Below are positions 1-8,506 of a stretch of DNA of 33,186 nucleotides, in pieces. This DNA is from Candidatus Rokuibacteriota bacterium (GTDB lineage: Bacteria > Methylomirabilota > Methylomirabilia > Rokubacteriales > DASRDR01). The notes under the pieces were generated by a model that saw only the letters and a program-made list of their open reading frames with translations, was not told the DNA's origin and did not search any database. The position numbers and the translations under genes were made by a program. Every line of letters begins with the position of its first letter. The stretch's first letter is position 1. The stretch covers positions 1-33,186 of the forward strand of contig JBIOTN010000020.1 of the NCBI GenBank assembly GCA_044866005.1, read 5' to 3'.

Positions 1-119
1 AGAAGGATGAGGGGACCTCGCAGCTACGCTCGGCCTCGGTGTCACCAGCACAACCACGTAACCCATGGAAAGGACTGACGCACACAAAGGACTTGACAGC
101 GGCAGCCGCTTCATAGAAG
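1..119 (+). mobile_element. Probable 3' non-coding (right) end of an IS110-family insertion sequence, truncated by the window edge
   Basis: Less GC-rich than the flank and non-coding. Has an outward-facing TTGACA at 93-98 and ends in CTTCATAGAAG, a pattern I recall from IS110-type right ends. It abuts a REP-like cluster. No transposase is inside the window. Confidence 0.4.
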
Positions 120-184
120 GACGCAGGGAGGAGGCGGGCCGAGGCGTATGCCGGCCCCCCCACCCAGCCCTATGAGAAGGCCCG

Positions 185-276
185 CCGACGACCCCAGAGG
201 CCGGGATGGCCGCGAGGCCGCAGGCCGAGCGCGTCCCGGCCGTGATGCAGGACGCGGAGCTGCGACGCTCATCGGC
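185..276. repeat. 92-bp REP-like element A, copy 1
   Basis: Ungapped match to 4724-4815. Central GCGAGGCCGCAGGCCGAGC sits inside a GGCCGGGA...TCCCGGCC stem. Confidence 0.85.
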
Positions 277-342
277 ACGGCGAGCAACCCCTCCAGCCTA
301 TCGACCATCCATCGTTTCCGGTCGCGACCCTGTGCGCCCGCG

Positions 343-430
343 GGGGAGGCAGGCCCGATCCGTTCGCGGGAGAGCGAACGGCCCGGCTTTGCCGGGAGGG
401 CCGTCGGAGGGGGGGGCAGCCCCCCGCCGA
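343..430. repeat. REP-like element B, copy 1 (ends in a G-run/C-run hairpin)
   Basis: Matches the reverse complement of 6968-7054 (GGAGGCAGGCCCGAT.CGTTCGC...GCGAACG...GAGGGCCGTCGGAGGGGGG...CCCCCC.CCGA). Confidence 0.85.
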
Positions 431-432
431 CG

Positions 433-1881
433 TTATACTTCGGTGCCGCCGACGGTGATCCCATCCACCCTGATCGTCGGCAAGCCGACCCCGACGGGCA
501 CGGACTGTCCGTCCTTGCCGCACGTCCCGATGCCCTCGTCGAGGGTGAGGTCGTGGCCCACACGCGCGACCCGCGTCAACACCTCGGGCCCCGAGCCGAT
601 CAGCGTCGCCCCCTTCACCGGGGCCGTGACCCGGCCCTCCTCGATCAGGTACGCCTCGCTTGCCGAGAAGACGAACTTGCCGTTCGTGATGTCGACCTGA
701 CCGCCGCCGAAGGCGACCGCGTAGAGCCCGCGCGACACCGACCGGATGATGTCGCCGGGATCGTCCTGCCCCGCCAGCATGAAGGTGTTCGTCATCCGCG
801 GCATGGGCGGGTGCTGGAAGGACTCCCGGCGACCGTTCCCCGTGAGCGGCATCCCGAGGAGGCGCGCGTTGAGCCGGTCCTGCATGTAGCCCCGCAGGAC
901 GCCCTGCTCGATCAGCACCGTCCGGCCGGTCGGCGTCCCCTCGTCGTCCACGTTCAGCGACCCACGCCGGTTGGGAATGGTCCCGTCGTCGATGACCGTG
1001 ACCAGCTCGGACGCGACCTTCTGGCCCATCCGGCCCGCGAAGGCCGACACGCCCTTCCGGTTGAAGTCGCCCTCCAGGCCGTGGCCGACGGCCTCGTGGA
1101 GGAGGATGCCGGGCCAGCCCGGACCCAGCACGACGGTCATGGTCCCGGCCGGGGCGTTCACGGCGCCGAGCTTCAGCACGGCCTGCCGGGCGGCCTCCCG
1201 GCTGAAGCGTGCCCAGCGCTCCTCCTCGAGGAAGAAATCGAAGCCGATCCGCCCTCCCCCGCCGTACCCCCCGGCCTCGCGCCGCCCGTTCTCTTCGACC
1301 ACGACCGTGACGTTGACACGGGTGAGCGGCCGGACGTCGCCGACCTGCCAGCCTTCCGACGTCGCGATGAGGGTCACCTGCTCCTCGCTCCAGATGCTCG
1401 CGATCACCTGGCGGACGCGCGGGTCGTAGCGCCGGGCCAGCCCGTCGATCCGCCGGAGCAGGTCGACCTTTCGCTCGAGGGCCGCGTCCACCGGCGGCTC
1501 GTCGAGGCGATAGAGGTCGTGGGGGCGCCGGCCTCCGGGCACCGCGACCACGGCGGAGCCTCCCGGGTGCTCGGCGATGGCCTGGGCCTGGCGGGCGGCC
1601 AGCTCGAGGTGCTCGAAGGCCAGGTCGTCGGTGTACGCGTATCCGGTCCGGACGCCGGCCTGCGCCCGCACCCCGGCCCCCTGGCTGATCGTCCGCGACG
1701 CCTTCTTGACCACGCCGTCCTCGAGGAGGAGGTCCTCGGTGACCTGGTGCTCGAGGAAGACGTCGGCGTAATCGACCCGGCCCCCGGCGGACCCGAGCAG
1801 GCGCTCGAGCCGGCCCTGGGTCAGGCCATAGCGGTCGGCAAAGAACCGGTCTGGCTGAGCAAGCTCGCGCTTCGGTTCCAT
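433..1881 (-). CDS. tldD: TldD metalloprotease
   Basis: GILLHEAVGHGLEGDFNRKG zinc motif, GNGRRES..HPPMPRMTNT, and C-terminal GTCGKDGQSVPVGVG. AGGAG RBS upstream. Confidence 0.96.
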   Translation of the reverse strand: MEPKRELAQPDRFFADRYGLTQGRLERLLGSAGGRVDYADVFLEHQVTEDLLLEDGVVKKASRTISQGAGVRAQAGVRTGYAYTDDLAFEHLELAARQAQAIAEHPGGSAVVAVPGGRRPHDLYRLDEPPVDAALERKVDLLRRIDGLARRYDPRVRQVIASIWSEEQVTLIATSEGWQVGDVRPLTRVNVTVVVEENGRREAGGYGGGGRIGFDFFLEEERWARFSREAARQAVLKLGAVNAPAGTMTVVLGPGWPGILLHEAVGHGLEGDFNRKGVSAFAGRMGQKVASELVTVIDDGTIPNRRGSLNVDDEGTPTGRTVLIEQGVLRGYMQDRLNARLLGMPLTGNGRRESFQHPPMPRMTNTFMLAGQDDPGDIIRSVSRGLYAVAFGGGQVDITNGKFVFSASEAYLIEEGRVTAPVKGATLIGSGPEVLTRVARVGHDLTLDEGIGTCGKDGQSVPVGVGLPTIRVDGITVGGTEV

Positions 1882-1931
1882 CGGGGGGCTCCTGAATGCC
1901 GGGGTGTCAGGAAACGGCCAGGACCACCATC

Positions 1932-1940
1932 ATCGTACCA
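1932..1940 (-). promoter_or_regulatory. Extended -10 promoter element for tldD
   Basis: TGGTACGAT (TGn-TACGAT) about 50 nt upstream of the tldD ATG. Confidence 0.5.
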
Positions 1941-2036
1941 CAGGCCGCCCGGCCCAGGGTGACACGGAATCGTGGCGTTTTCTCTGATATATGTTAGCTA
2001 GTTATCTGACTGTCTGTAAGACGGACCCTGAAGCCA

Positions 2037-2864
2037 TCAGTCGGCCGCCGGAACGGTGTAGGGCACCCCGGCCACGAAGGCTTGCACGATGTCGTGGAGG
2101 GTCCGGAGCCCCCGGAGAAGGGACGGCCCCGGGCTCAGCACGTCGGCCGAGGGCACCGCATAGACGCGCCCGGCCCGGACGGCCTCGAGGGCGTCCCAGC
2201 CGGGCCGGTTGCGGATCGCGCCGAGGTCCACGGGCTTGCCGCACCAGGAGGCGACGATGATCGCCGGGGTCCGGCGGACGACCTCGGCCGGGTCCACGAC
2301 CCGCCCCCGAGCGTCGGGCCGCTCCCGCAGCTCCGGGAAGATGTCCTGGCCCCCGGCGATCTCGATCAGCTCCGAGACCCAGCGGATGCCGGCGATCGGC
2401 GGGTCGCCCCACTCCTCGAAGTAGACCCGCGGGCGAGCGGGCCAGACGCTCGAGAACTCCCGGATCTGGCGGATCTCGTCCTGCATGTCAGAGACGAGCC
2501 CGCGTGCCTCCGCCGCCTTGCCGAGGGCCCCGCCGATGACCAGGACCGCCTGGAAGACGCCGGCCAGGCTCCGCTGGTTGAGGGCCAGGACGGGGATCCC
2601 GGCACGGACGAGGTCGCGGACGACGTCGGCCTGGAGGTCCGAGAAGGCGAGGACCAGGTCGGGCTCGAGCGCGAGGATCCTGTCCAGGCGGAAGGTCGTG
2701 AACCCGCCGATCCGGGGCTTCTGCCGCGCCTCGGCCGGGCGGCTGGCCGCGCCCGACACGCCGACGACGCGGTCACCCGCGCCGAGGGCGAAGACGATCT
2801 CTGTCGTCTCGGCGGTCAGGCAGACGATGCGCTGGGGAAACGGCGCCGGCGGGATCCCGTACAC
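2037..2864 (-). CDS. BtuF-like cobalamin/iron-chelate periplasmic-binding-fold protein
   Basis: PQRIVCLTAETTEIVFALGAGDRVVGVS, ILALEPDLVL, IEIAGG..IF, SWCGK, PGP motifs. No clear signal peptide. TGGTACGAT lies 6 nt upstream of the GTG. Confidence 0.85.
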   Translation of the reverse strand: MYGIPPAPFPQRIVCLTAETTEIVFALGAGDRVVGVSGAASRPAEARQKPRIGGFTTFRLDRILALEPDLVLAFSDLQADVVRDLVRAGIPVLALNQRSLAGVFQAVLVIGGALGKAAEARGLVSDMQDEIRQIREFSSVWPARPRVYFEEWGDPPIAGIRWVSELIEIAGGQDIFPELRERPDARGRVVDPAEVVRRTPAIIVASWCGKPVDLGAIRNRPGWDALEAVRAGRVYAVPSADVLSPGPSLLRGLRTLHDIVQAFVAGVPYTVPAAD

Positions 2865-2955
2865 GCGGCCATCGTACCAGACCCCCCGACCGGCTCACTG
2901 CGCCGCCCGGCGGGAACCGGTCGGGACCGTCGCGCGTGACCGGACCACGAGCGGG

Positions 2956-4071
2956 TCAACGGACGAGACGGTCCGGGAGAAACACCTCCGCGGGGAGCGA
3001 GGTGCGGCCGCTCACGAGGTACTCGCGGACGATCCGGGCGGTCACGGGCGTGAGCAGGATCCCCGTGCGGTAGTGACCCGTGGCGACGAAGAGCCCGGCC
3101 AGGTCCGGCCAGGGACCGACGACAGGAAGGCTGTCGGGGCTCGCCGGTCGCAATCCGGCCCAGGCGCGCCGGAAGGGCGCGCGAGCGAACGCCGGCACGG
3201 TCAGGAGCGCCTCGGTGAGGAGCCAGTGGAGGGCGACGGGCGTGACGTCCTTGTCGGCGACGCCGTCCTCGACGGTCGCGCCGACCAGGCACTCCCCGCT
3301 GACGCGGGGGACGAGGTAGACCTCCTCCCGGATCACCGCGTGCCGGATCACGGGCGGCTCGTTCGCGAGCGCCAGCATCTGTCCCTTGACGGGCCGGACG
3401 CGAAGCGGCGGCGGCACGCCGACGATCTGATTCGTGAAGGCGCCGGCGGCCAGCACCACCGCCGCCGCCTCCATCGTGCCGAGCCCACGGGCCCGGACGC
3501 CGCTGACGCGACCGCCGGCGTGGAGGAGCTCCTCGACCGGCTGGCCGAGGAGAAAGCGGACGCCCCGGCGGGTCGCCGCCCGGACCAGCGCGGCCACGAG
3601 CCGGCCGGTGTTGACCCACTCGTTCCGCGGGAGGAGGAGGCCGCCCCGGGCCTCACGGGTCAGCTCGGGTTCGATGCGGAAGAGGTCGTCGGCCGCCAGG
3701 AACTCCAGGCGCTCGCCGCCGTTGGCGTGCTCCGCGGCGAGCTTCTGCGCCCAGCCGACCTCCGCCTCGGCCATGCACAGCTCGATGTGTCCGGCGCGCT
3801 CGTGCTCGATGTCGATGCCGGATTCGGCAAGCAGCGCCTGGGCGAGTGGCGCGTAGAGGTCACGGCTGAGCCGCGCCAGCTCCCCGATCGCGCCGGAGCG
3901 TTCGGCGCTGAAGGCCGAGAGCAGGCCCGCCGAGGCGCCGGTGGCTTCTCCCCCGGGCTCCCCGCGCTCGATGACCGTCACGCGCAGTCCCGCCGTCGCG
4001 AGCTCGTAGGCGCACGCGGCGCCGATCGCGCCCGCGCCCACGACCACGACGTCCGGCCGCCTCAGCGCCAT
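2956..4071 (-). CDS. thiO: Glycine oxidase ThiO
   Basis: GAGAIG FAD-binding motif, ATGASAGLL, RPVKGQ, WAGLRP, ATGHYRTGILLTP. Lies in the thi operon. Confidence 0.92.
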   Translation of the reverse strand: MALRRPDVVVVGAGAIGAACAYELATAGLRVTVIERGEPGGEATGASAGLLSAFSAERSGAIGELARLSRDLYAPLAQALLAESGIDIEHERAGHIELCMAEAEVGWAQKLAAEHANGGERLEFLAADDLFRIEPELTREARGGLLLPRNEWVNTGRLVAALVRAATRRGVRFLLGQPVEELLHAGGRVSGVRARGLGTMEAAAVVLAAGAFTNQIVGVPPPLRVRPVKGQMLALANEPPVIRHAVIREEVYLVPRVSGECLVGATVEDGVADKDVTPVALHWLLTEALLTVPAFARAPFRRAWAGLRPASPDSLPVVGPWPDLAGLFVATGHYRTGILLTPVTARIVREYLVSGRTSLPAEVFLPDRLVR

Positions 4072-4709
4072 GCGGTATCACAGGCCGCCAGCAGCGCCTT
4101 CGTGGCTGCCGCGGGATCGTCCGCCTCGAGGAGCGCCCGGATCACCGCGACGCCGGCCGCGCCTGCCGCCCGGAGCTCGGGGATGCAGGACGCGGTCACG
4201 CCGCCGATCGCCACCACCGGGACGGCGACACGCCGGCAGACCGCGGCCAGGGCCGCGAGGCCCTGCGGCGGGCCGTACGCGCGCTTGCTCGGCGTGGCGT
4301 AGACCGGCCCGAAGAAGAGGTAGTCGGCGCCGGCCTCCGCCGCCGCCTCGGCCTCGGCGAGGCGGTGAGTCGAGACGCCCACGAATCGCCGGTCCCCCAC
4401 AAGCCGCCGGGCGACCTCCGGCGGGAAGCCGTCGGCCGGGAGGTGGACGCCCTCGGCGTCGATCGCGAGCGCCACGTCCACGCGGTCGTTGACGAGGAGC
4501 CGGGCCCGGTGGCGCGCCGTCAGCCCGCGCAACTCCCGGGCCAGACGGTGGAGCTCCGCGCCCGCGAGGTCCTTCTCGCGGAGCTGGACGGCGGGGAGCC
4601 CGGCTCCCAGGCAGGCCTCGACGACCGGACCGAGCGGCCGGCCGCCGGCGGCCCGGCGGTCGGTCACCAGGCAGAGACGGAAGTCGGCCCGAGGCGTCGC
4701 GTGTGTCAA
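4062..4709 (-). CDS. thiE: Thiamine-phosphate synthase (ThiE/TenI family)
   Basis: LCLVTDR, VQLREK, VNDRVDVA, GVSTH, GPVYATPSK, AIGGV motifs. The start is uncertain: TTG at 4709 is chosen because the longer ORF (4811) runs through repeat A. Confidence 0.88.
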   Translation of the reverse strand: MTHATPRADFRLCLVTDRRAAGGRPLGPVVEACLGAGLPAVQLREKDLAGAELHRLARELRGLTARHRARLLVNDRVDVALAIDAEGVHLPADGFPPEVARRLVGDRRFVGVSTHRLAEAEAAAEAGADYLFFGPVYATPSKRAYGPPQGLAALAAVCRRVAVPVVAIGGVTASCIPELRAAGAAGVAVIRALLEADDPAAATKALLAACDTAWR

Positions 4710-4723
4710 GGCCGGGGCCGAGA

Positions 4724-4815
4724 CCGACCACCCCGCGGGCCGGGACGGCGGCGAGGCCGCAGGCCGAGCACGCCCCGGCCGTGATGCAGGACGCCGCGGG
4801 GCGACAGGCATCGGC
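4724..4815. repeat. 92-bp REP-like element A, copy 2 (thiG-thiE spacer)
   Basis: Same length and orientation as 185-276. Confidence 0.85.
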
Positions 4816-4821
4816 GGAGGC

Positions 4822-5610
4822 TCAAGGCAAGGGGGCCCAGTCCGGCATGCCCGTGAGCGGGCTGGACGCCGTCCCGTAGAGCTTCCGCGGGATCCGACCG
4901 GCCTTGTAGGCGAGTCGCCCGGCTTCGATCGCGAGCTTCATCGCCTCGGCCATCGCCTCGGGGTCCGTCGCCTGCGCGATCGCGGTGTTCATGAGGACGC
5001 CGTGGCAGCCGAGCTCCATCGCGATGGCGGCGTCGGAGGCCGTGCCGACCCCGGCGTCCACGATGACCGGGACGGAGGCCGCCTCGAGCATGATCCGGAT
5101 GTTGTACGGGTTGCGGATCCCGAGCCCCGAGCCGATCGGCGCGCCGAGCGGCATGACGGCGGCGGCGCCCGCCTCCTCCAGCCGCTTGGCCACGACCGGG
5201 TCGTCGTTGGTATAGGGCAGGACGACGAACCCCTCGCGGGCGAGCGTCTTCGTCGCTTCCAGGAGCCCCTGGACGTCGGGGAAGAGCGTCTTCTCGTCGC
5301 CGATCACCTCGAGCTTGACGAATTCGCCGAGGCCGGCCTCGCGCGCCAGGTACGCGGTCCGCACGGCTTCGTCCGCGGTGTAGCAGCCGGCGGTGTTGGG
5401 CAGGAGCGTGATCCGCTTGGTGTCGACGTAGTCCAGGAGCGAGTCGCCCTGCCGCGACAGGTCGATCCGCCGGACCGCCACCGTCACCATCTCGGTGCCC
5501 GAGATCTCGTGACAGCGACGCATGACCTCGAACGACGGGTACTTCCCGGTCCCCACGATCAGCCGCGACCGGAAGGTGCGGCCTCCCAGGCTCAACGGCT
5601 CGTCCCACAT
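4822..5610 (-). CDS. thiG: Thiazole synthase
   Basis: [53 protein letters not shown] motifs. Confidence 0.98.
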   Translation of the reverse strand: MWDEPLSLGGRTFRSRLIVGTGKYPSFEVMRRCHEISGTEMVTVAVRRIDLSRQGDSLLDYVDTKRITLLPNTAGCYTADEAVRTAYLAREAGLGEFVKLEVIGDEKTLFPDVQGLLEATKTLAREGFVVLPYTNDDPVVAKRLEEAGAAAVMPLGAPIGSGLGIRNPYNIRIMLEAASVPVIVDAGVGTASDAAIAMELGCHGVLMNTAIAQATDPEAMAEAMKLAIEAGRLAYKAGRIPRKLYGTASSPLTGMPDWAPLP

Positions 5611-5644
5611 GACTCCATGCTCCTCTGTCTCGGCCCGGCGGGGC

Positions 5645-5854
5645 TCACGCCCGCGACCCGCCTGCCATGGGGTGGACGATCTCCACGCGGTCCCCTTCGC
5701 GGAGTGCCGTGGTCGTGTAGCGCGTCCGGCGCGTCACCTCCCGGTTCAAGGCGACGGCGGTGAACTCGGTGCGCACGCCGAGCTGGCCCAGGAGGTCCGC
5801 GACGGTGAGCCCGTCACGCACCTCCATCGGCTGACCGTTGACCACGATCCGCAT
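5645..5854 (-). CDS. thiS: Sulfur carrier protein ThiS, with a 3-aa extension after the diglycine
   Basis: MRIVVNGQ..., [27 protein letters not shown]. First gene after the TPP riboswitch. Confidence 0.93.
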   Translation of the reverse strand: MRIVVNGQPMEVRDGLTVADLLGQLGVRTEFTAVALNREVTRRTRYTTTALREGDRVEIVHPMAGGSRA

Positions 5855-5857
5855 AGC

Positions 5858-5884
5858 AAAAAACCGCACCGGGACACGGTGCGG
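5858..5884 (-). terminator. Intrinsic terminator, the expression platform of the TPP riboswitch
   Basis: 8-bp stem CCGCACCG/CGGTGCGG with a 5-nt loop, followed by T6, directly upstream of the thiS ATG. Confidence 0.75.
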
Positions 5885-5922
5885 TCCGCCACTGCCGGTG
5901 GAGTGCCGTTCAGGCTTGCCGC

Positions 5923-6008
5923 GCCGCGTTCCCTTCGCTGGAATTACCCAGAGCAGGTTCGAGGGGTCCCGGGCCGGGCCCGGTTCTCAGTCGCGCTCCC
6001 CCCGCGGC
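5923..6008 (-). promoter_or_regulatory. TPP riboswitch
   Basis: Minus strand reads GCCGCG-GGGGG...CTGAGA...ACCC..GAACCTG.TCTGGGTAATTCCAGCGAAGGGAA-CGCGGC. The P1 ends pair, and it lies upstream of thiSGEO. Confidence 0.96.
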
Positions 6009-6018
6009 TCTCGTGTCT

Positions 6019-6047
6019 ACTATACGCCCGCCCCTGCACGACTTCAA
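6019..6047 (-). promoter_or_regulatory. Sigma70-type promoter of the thi operon
   Basis: TTGAAG-N17-TATAGT ends about 10 nt before the riboswitch P1. Confidence 0.7.
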
Positions 6048-6059
6048 CGGCGCCCCCGG

Positions 6060-6962
6060 TCAATCGGCCCGCAGACGCGGGTCCAGCGCGTCCCGGAGGC
6101 CGTCCCCCAGGAGGTTGAACCCGAGCACCGACAGCATGATCGCCCCGCCCGGGAAGAAGAAGACCCACCACGCCCCGCTGGTGAAGTACTTGTAGGAGTC
6201 GGCGAGCATGGCCCCCCATTCCGGGGTCGGCGGCTGGGCGCCGAGGCCGAGGAAGCCGAGGGCCGCCGCCTCCAGGATGGCGAAGGCGATGGCGAGGGTG
6301 GTCTGGACGATGAGCGGGGGCAGGGTGTTCGGGAAGATGTGGCGCATCAGCACGCGGCGGCCGCGCCCGCCGAGACCCCGGGCCGCGGTGACGAACTCCT
6401 GTTCCCGCAGCTCCAGCACCGCCCCGCGGGCGATCCGCGCATAGATCGGGATCGAGACCGTGCTGATGGCGAGGAGCGAGTTCCGCAGGCCCGGCCCGAT
6501 CATGGCGACGATCGCGATCGCGAGGAGCGTGGAGGGAAAGGCCAGCAGGATGTCCATGCAGAAGCTCAGCAAGAGGTCGACCCGCCGGCCGGCGTAGCCG
6601 GCGACGAGGCCGAGGAGCGAGCCCACGACGGCGGCGACCGCCACGGAGCTGACGCCGAGCCCGAGGGAGACGCGCGTCCCGTGGAGCACGCGCACCAGGA
6701 TGTCGCGCCCCAGCGAGTCGGTCCCGAAGAGGTGCTCGCCGGTCGGAGGCTTGAGCCGGAGCGCCAGGTTCGAGTCGGTCTGCGGCTCGTAGTCGTGGAC
6801 GAGCGGCATCCCGGCCGCGAGCAGACCGAACCCCACCACGATCCCGAGGCCGGCGCGGGCCACGGGGCTCGCCCAGAGCCGGCGCCACGCGGCGGCCGCC
6901 GGGCTCTGGCCGCGGACCGCCGCGATCGGGATGGGCCCGGCTAGGCTGACGGGCGTCGCCAT
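6060..6962 (-). CDS. dppC: Dipeptide/oligopeptide ABC permease (DppC/OppC-like)
   Basis: HLFGTDSLGRD, EFVTAARGLG (EAA loop), HIFPN, LGLGAQPPTPEWG, FNLLGDGLRDALDPR. Start at ATG 6962; the longer ORF runs into repeat B. Confidence 0.92.
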   Translation of the reverse strand: MATPVSLAGPIPIAAVRGQSPAAAAWRRLWASPVARAGLGIVVGFGLLAAGMPLVHDYEPQTDSNLALRLKPPTGEHLFGTDSLGRDILVRVLHGTRVSLGLGVSSVAVAAVVGSLLGLVAGYAGRRVDLLLSFCMDILLAFPSTLLAIAIVAMIGPGLRNSLLAISTVSIPIYARIARGAVLELREQEFVTAARGLGGRGRRVLMRHIFPNTLPPLIVQTTLAIAFAILEAAALGFLGLGAQPPTPEWGAMLADSYKYFTSGAWWVFFFPGGAIMLSVLGFNLLGDGLRDALDPRLRAD

Positions 6963-6967
6963 TACTC

Positions 6968-7054
6968 TCGGAGGGGGGCGTCGCCCCCCTCCGACGGCCC
7001 TCGCAGCGAAGCCGCGACGTTCGCCCTTCGGCGAACGCATCGGGCCTGCCTCCC
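6968..7054. repeat. REP-like element B, copy 2 (inverted relative to copy 1)
   Basis: Reverse complement aligns with 343-430. Confidence 0.85.
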
Positions 7055-7154
7055 TCCAGGACGAGGCGGGGTTCGGACGAGGCCCGAGGGTCGAGAACGC
7101 CGACCCGCTGCGCTTGTCGGCCCGGCCGACGATCTCGGTTCTCGGCCCGGCCCT

Positions 7155-8168
7155 TCAATCATATTTGATGCGCGGGTCCACGGCGGCGTAGAGGAGATCC
7201 GTCACCAGGTTCACCGACACGAAGATCACCGCGATGAAGAGGCTCGCGCCCTGGACGATCGCGTAGTCGCGGGACTCGATCGCCTCGTAGACCCAGAGCC
7301 CGATGCCCGGCCAGGAGAAGATCGTCTCCGTCAGGATGGCGCCCGCGAGGAGGCGGCCGACCTGGAGGCCGACCACGGTCAGCACGGGCAGGAGCGCGTT
7401 GCGGAGCGCGTGCCGCAGCACCACCGCCGCCTGCGGCAGGCCCTTCGCCTCCGCCGTGCGGATGTAGTCGCGGGAGAGGACCTCCAGCATGCTGGCCCGC
7501 GTCATGCGGGCGATCACGGCGAGGGGGATCGTGCCGAGCGCGACGGCGGGCAGGACGAGGTGCCGCAGGGCGTCCCCCAGCACGTCCCAGTTCCGCTGGA
7601 GGGCGGCGTCCAGGACGACGAAGTTCGTCCAGGGCTCGAAGAAGGTGGCGCTGTCCAGGCGGAACCCCGTGGGGAGCCACCGGAGCTGGACGCCGAAGAA
7701 CCAGGCCAGCATGACCCCCAGCCAGAAGATCGGCATCGAGACGCCGAACAGCGCCCAGACCCGCGAGACGCTGTCCACGATGGAGTTCCGCCAGACCGCG
7801 GAGAGGATGCCGACCGGAATGCCGAAGAGGATCGCGAGGACCATCGCGGAGGCCGCGAGCTCCACGGTGGCCGGAAACCGTCGGATCAGGTCGCGCGCCA
7901 CGGGGTCCCCGCGAACGATCGAGATCCCGAGGTCACCGCGGATGACCTTCCCCACGTAGAGGAGGTACTGCTCGTAGATCGGCCGGTCGAGGCCGAGCCG
8001 CTGGCGGACCTCGGCGACCTTCTCGGGTGTCGCCCGCTCCCCGAGCATGGTGACGGCGGGGTCACCGGGGATCAGGTGGATGAAGCCGAAGACGAGGAGC
8101 GAGACGCCGATGAGGACCGGAAGCACGGTCAGCGCCCGCCTGATGGCATATTGCGTCACCGTGCGCAC
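7155..8168 (-). CDS. dppB: Dipeptide/oligopeptide ABC permease (DppB/OppB-like)
   Basis: IPGDPA, LGLDRP, FPATVELA, RASMLEVL..DYIRTA.AKGL, HALRNA, DPRI motifs. The start could be GTG 8159. Confidence 0.94.
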   Translation of the reverse strand: MRTVTQYAIRRALTVLPVLIGVSLLVFGFIHLIPGDPAVTMLGERATPEKVAEVRQRLGLDRPIYEQYLLYVGKVIRGDLGISIVRGDPVARDLIRRFPATVELAASAMVLAILFGIPVGILSAVWRNSIVDSVSRVWALFGVSMPIFWLGVMLAWFFGVQLRWLPTGFRLDSATFFEPWTNFVVLDAALQRNWDVLGDALRHLVLPAVALGTIPLAVIARMTRASMLEVLSRDYIRTAEAKGLPQAAVVLRHALRNALLPVLTVVGLQVGRLLAGAILTETIFSWPGIGLWVYEAIESRDYAIVQGASLFIAVIFVSVNLVTDLLYAAVDPRIKYD

Positions 8169-8186
8169 CCTCGGCGGAAGCCCGAC

Positions 8187-8304
8187 ACGCCGACCAGGCT
8201 CGGCCTATACCTCGCGCCTCGACCGAAGCGCTCCGCGTGCCGGCTTGGCCGGCGCACCCGGATCCCGGTGAGAGGGCTCGGAGGGGGGCGAAGCCCCCCA
8301 CCGA
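8187..8304. repeat. REP-like element C, copy 1
   Basis: ACGCCGA.CAGGCTCG...GACCGAAGCGCTC, a hairpin, GATCCCGG, then a CGGAGGGGGG..CCCCCC.CCGA hairpin. Aligns with 8384-8500. Confidence 0.8.
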
Positions 8305-8383
8305 GCCACGGGACGGGGGGGACGGTGAGCGCGCACCCGATCGCATGTTGGGTCACCGCGCTCGCCCTCCTCGAACGCCCCAG

Positions 8384-8500
8384 ACGCCGATCAGGCTCGA
8401 CATCTCGCCCGCGCCAGGACCGAAGCGCTCAGCGCGGCGGCTTCGCCGCCGCAACGATCCCGGGGGGCGGAACCGGAGGGGGGGCAGCGCCCCCCTCCGA
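8384..8500. repeat. REP-like element C, copy 2
   Basis: Direct repeat of 8187-8304 with covarying hairpin arms. Confidence 0.8.
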
Positions 8501-8506
8501 CGAGGC

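Noticed and set aside
2865..2955. Cobalamin riboswitch upstream of the BtuF-like gene
   Set aside because: The spacer is only about 90 bp, has no B12-box, and the -10 element sits directly before the start codon.
8187..8500. CRISPR array
   Set aside because: There are only two diverged ~117-bp units, with no short identical repeats, no regular spacers and no cas genes.
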